Part shown: positions 60,898 through 64,000 of the stretch, one piece after another
Layout: each line of letters starts with the position of its first letter
How positions within the stretch are numbered: the stretch's first letter is position 1
From: Bacillota bacterium
GTDB lineage: Bacteria > Bacillota_I > Bacilli_A > RF39 > UBA660
Assembly: GCA_015059285.1 (NCBI GenBank)
Contig: SVAS01000002.1
Coordinates: forward strand, 2,572-66,571
Length of the DNA stretch: 64,000 bases
Direction: 5' to 3'
Program-made: the position numbers and the translations under genes
Notes under the pieces: model-generated
The model's input: only the letters and a program-made list of their open reading frames with translations
Database searches by the model: none
Told to the model about the DNA's origin: nothing

Positions 60898-61681
60898 TAT
60901 GTATCACCACTTGATTATACGGAATAACAATTTTTTGTTTATCTAATTCTAACTTTATAGCTCTAAGCATTTTTCTTTGAACTTCAAAGTGTTTCATAGA
61001 CTCTGTTGCAACAGTCATTCTAAAACGAATTGAAGATGCTTCTAATGAATTAATCCCCAAAAGTTCTACATTGCCTTTTAAATATGGTAGTTCACTTGAT
61101 AATCTTTCACTTAAAGATTTTAAAACACTTTCAACTTTTTCAATATCACTTTCATACGCAACATCAATATCCACAATAGCTAAAGAATTAGATAAATTAT
61201 AATTAATTACATCAGTTATTAAACGATTTGCTAAAATCATTATTTCTCCAGTATAAGCTTTTAATTTAGTTGATTTTAAACCAACTGCAATAACTTCTCC
61301 TTTAAAACCATTTATAGTTACAATATCTCCTACACGGTATTGCCCTTCAATTACAATAGAAATGCCAGCAATAAAATCTTTTAAAAGATCTTGAAATGCT
61401 AGTCCTAATACTACTCCTATAACGCTTAAAGATGCGATTAGTGTCTTAGTATCAATACCATATACTTCAAGAATAAATAAACTTGCTAATATAATAATTA
61501 ATATTCTTACTATATTTCTAGAAAGTTGTAATAAAGTCTTCTTTCTTTTTTCATCAATGCGATTAGCTTTTGAGTAAAAGAATTTTTTTAAAATACCGGA
61601 AGCAACATTATAAATCAAAATTGCTAAAAGGATAATTATTATAGGAGCAACTATTTCTTTAACCAAAATTTTATCTAACAT
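60890..61681 (-). CDS. mscS: Small-conductance mechanosensitive channel (MscS family)
   Basis: 3 TM helices + MscS beta domain (…GEVIAVGLKSTKL…). Confidence 0.75.
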   Translation of the reverse strand: MLDKILVKEIVAPIIIILLAILIYNVASGILKKFFYSKANRIDEKRKKTLLQLSRNIVRILIIILASLFILEVYGIDTKTLIASLSVIGVVLGLAFQDLLKDFIAGISIVIEGQYRVGDIVTINGFKGEVIAVGLKSTKLKAYTGEIMILANRLITDVINYNLSNSLAIVDIDVAYESDIEKVESVLKSLSERLSSELPYLKGNVELLGINSLEASSIRFRMTVATESMKHFEVQRKMLRAIKLELDKQKIVIPYNQVVIHNG

Positions 61682-61684
61682 AAA

Positions 61685-62575
61685 TTACTCCTTTATATTT
61701 ATTATTTCTAAAATTCTATTCAAATCAGCTGTATTATTAAAGCTAATTTCTATTTTTTTATCTTTAATTTTAACTTTTGTATCTAATTTATCACGCAATA
61801 AATCTTCTACATATTTATATTCTTTATTAATTTCTTTTGGTTTTCTATCTATTTTTACTTTACGCTCAAATGTTCTGTCTTCAGTTATATGTTCTAACTC
61901 ACGAACCGGAAGTTTATCATTAATAATTTTATCTGCTAGCATCATCATTTGTTCTATTGATTCAAGTTTACTAATAACACGGGCATGTCCCATTGTAAGT
62001 TTTCCTTCAACAATCATATCTTGTATTTCTTTTGGCAATCTAAGAATACCTAATATATTAGTTATATGACTTCTGCTTTTACCTACTCTTTTAGATAGTT
62101 GTTCTTGAGTAAGCATAAGTTTTTCTATCAAAGATTTATATGCTAAAGCTTCTTCTATAACATTTAAATTTTCACGTTGTAAGTTTTCAAGTAAAGCTAT
62201 TTCCATCATTTGTTCATCAGAAAAATCACGAACGATTGCCGGTATTTTCTCAAGTCCGGCTAATTTTGAAGCACGAACTCTTCTTTCACCAGCAATTATT
62301 TCATAGCCTTTTATACTCTTTTTGACAATAATTGGTTGAAATACACCATGTTCTTTTATTGAAGAACTTAATTCTTGTAAAGCCTCATCATTAAAAGTTT
62401 TTCTAGGTTGATAAGGGTTTGCTCTAAGTTCATTTAAATTTACTTCTATAATTTCATCTTTAGAAGTATCTTCATATATTTGTCTTTCAATAGTATCAAG
62501 GTCTAAATTTTCTGTATTAAATAATTGTTCTAACCCACGCCCTAAAGCTCTTTTTTTATTTTCCATTTCGTTCAA
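61685..62575 (-). CDS. parB: Chromosome partitioning protein ParB/Spo0J
   Basis: GERRVRASKLAGLEKIPAIV ParB box. HTH. Confidence 0.85.
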   Translation of the reverse strand: MNEMENKKRALGRGLEQLFNTENLDLDTIERQIYEDTSKDEIIEVNLNELRANPYQPRKTFNDEALQELSSSIKEHGVFQPIIVKKSIKGYEIIAGERRVRASKLAGLEKIPAIVRDFSDEQMMEIALLENLQRENLNVIEEALAYKSLIEKLMLTQEQLSKRVGKSRSHITNILGILRLPKEIQDMIVEGKLTMGHARVISKLESIEQMMMLADKIINDKLPVRELEHITEDRTFERKVKIDRKPKEINKEYKYVEDLLRDKLDTKVKIKDKKIEISFNNTADLNRILEIINIKE

Positions 62576-63341
62576 TCACTTCCTTCGCTAAGTTAAGGTA
62601 AGCTTCTGTTCCTCTACTTTTTGGATCATAAGCAATAATTGGTTTGCCGTGACTTGGTGCTTCTGATAATCTAACTAATCTTGGGATAATTGTGTCATAT
62701 ACTCTTTCTTTAAAGTAACTACGAATATCTTCAACGACTTCCAAACCTAGGTTAGTTCTATTATCTAGCATTGTTAATAAAACACCTTCTATATCTAAAG
62801 TAGGATTTAAATTCTTTTGAGCTAACATAATTGTATTAATTAATTGCATAATCCCTTCAAGTGCAAAAAACTCACATTGAACAGGTATAATTACTGAATT
62901 CGCTGCTGTTAAAGCATTTGTTGTAAGAATTCCTAAACTTGGGGGACAGTCAATAATAATGTAATCAAATGTCTCTTTTGCAACATCCAAATATTTTTTT
63001 AGTTGACCGCCTTTTGAAAATGAAGGAATGTTTTTACTTAACTCCATCAGTTCTATATCAACACCTGCTAAATTAATTGTAGCTGGTATCATATATAAAT
63101 TTTTAAATTTAGTTTTAATTATTACATCTTTTAATTCTGCTTTATCAATTAATAATTCATATATACTTTGATTATATTCTCCTTTTGATATTCCTAAACC
63201 TGTAGTACTATTTCCTTGAGGATCTAAGTCCACTAATAATACTTTACGATTTAAAATACCTAATGAGGCCGCTAAATTAATACTAGAAGTAGTTTTTCCT
63301 ACTCCTCCTTTTTGGTTAACTAAGGCAATTACTTTTCCCAT
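62556..63341 (-). CDS. parA: Chromosome partitioning ATPase ParA/Soj
   Basis: Deviant Walker A KGGVGKTT. Confidence 0.85.
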   Translation of the reverse strand: MGKVIALVNQKGGVGKTTSSINLAASLGILNRKVLLVDLDPQGNSTTGLGISKGEYNQSIYELLIDKAELKDVIIKTKFKNLYMIPATINLAGVDIELMELSKNIPSFSKGGQLKKYLDVAKETFDYIIIDCPPSLGILTTNALTAANSVIIPVQCEFFALEGIMQLINTIMLAQKNLNPTLDIEGVLLTMLDNRTNLGLEVVEDIRSYFKERVYDTIIPRLVRLSEAPSHGKPIIAYDPKSRGTEAYLNLAKEVIERNGK

Positions 63342-63462
63342 TTTACCACCATTTTCTATTTCTCATTCATTTAATATTTTATCATATTTTTTTTTATAAA
63401 TCTATGACTATATATTAAAACTTGGAATTTATTAAACAAATTTTTATATTAAAAAAACTAGA

Positions 63463-64000
63463 TTATTTATCTAGCTCTTTAATTAAATCTTCTTTATTCA
63501 TTTTTGAATAACCTTTAATTCCTTTTTCTTTAGCTAAATCTTTAAGTTCTGCTAAAGTAAGATCATTTAAAGATAGTTCTTTAAAATCACTTTCATCTTT
63601 TTCCAAATCTTCATCAGGCATACATCCATGGTCTACTAAATAATCAATTTGTTCTTTAGTAATTGTTTCATATTCTAATAAAGTATTAGCAATTAAATTA
63701 AGTAAATCTTGGTTTTCGCTTAATATTTTTTTAGTGACTTCATATTGTTCTTTAATAATTTTTCTTACTTGTTCATCTATTTCATTAGCAACATGTGTGG
63801 AGAAATTTTGACTTTTATTATAATCTCTACCTAAGAAAACACTTGATTCTTGATGTTCAAATTGAACAGGGCCAAGATCACTCATACCATATTCTGTTAC
63901 CATAGACCTTGCAATTTTAGTGGCTTTTTCAAAATCGTTATGAGCGCCTGTTGTAACTTCATTAAAAATTAACTCTTCTGCTACACGGCCACCTAAAAGT
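63463..64000 (-). CDS. ftsH: ATP-dependent zinc metalloprotease FtsH (C-terminal part; gene continues beyond window end)
   Basis: The frame stays open to position 64000 and reads ...LGGRVAEELIFNEVTTGAHNDFEKATKIARSMVTEYGMSDLGP, the M41 peptidase C-terminal domain. Confidence 0.8.
   Translation of the reverse strand, partial: LLGGRVAEELIFNEVTTGAHNDFEKATKIARSMVTEYGMSDLGPVQFEHQESSVFLGRDYNKSQNFSTHVANEIDEQVRKIIKEQYEVTKKILSENQDLLNLIANTLLEYETITKEQIDYLVDHGCMPDEDLEKDESDFKELSLNDLTLAELKDLAKEKGIKGYSKMNKEDLIKELDK

Noticed and set aside
1-64000. Mollicutes-type genetic code (UGA = Trp) suggested by absence of L30 and very low GC
   Set aside because: The only tRNA-Trp has anticodon CCA. Conserved proteins (r-proteins, SecY, Adk) are full length with standard stops, including TGA used as stop at 9023-9025 and 17706-17708.

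Overview
This is a low-GC Firmicutes-type chromosomal window with standard genetic code; the single tRNA-Trp has a CCA anticodon. The right half (about 32.3-53.7 kb, minus strand) holds the conserved rplM-rpsI, truA-ecfTA2A1 and rplQ-rpoA-...-secY-...-rpsJ (alpha/spc/S10) ribosomal superoperon with no rpmD. It is followed by gpsA, rpsR-ssb-rpsF, ychF, an AbgT-like transporter, mscS, parB-parA and a partial ftsH. The left half is accessory and rich. (1) A complete agr-type quorum-sensing locus: agrB and agrD on plus, converging on agrC and agrA on minus. (2) A germination or cortex-lytic cell-wall hydrolase cluster (cwlJ-like, Amidase_3-LysM, HtrA, cwlD-like). Its Amidase_3-LysM gene is precisely split by an about 8.7 kb intervening element (9023..17730) with terminal inverted repeats and a large serine recombinase. 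The element carries an N6-adenine methyltransferase, a DUF262/HNH nuclease, a Fic protein and a large HEPN-motif protein. (3) A diversity-generating retroelement with a MutS-domain-I-like ORF, avd, a reverse transcriptase with the IGxxxSQ motif, an AAC-rich TR and a VR. The VR lies in the C-terminal lectin-like domain of a type-IV-pilin-like target, and TR/VR differences fall almost only at TR adenines. (4) A secreted protein predicted to be anchored by sortase B, whose mature N-terminus is a domain about 45% identical to eukaryotic ubiquitin. The DGR with its pilin-like target and MutS-I-like accessory gene, and the skin-like defense-carrying element, are the strongest candidates for novel biology.
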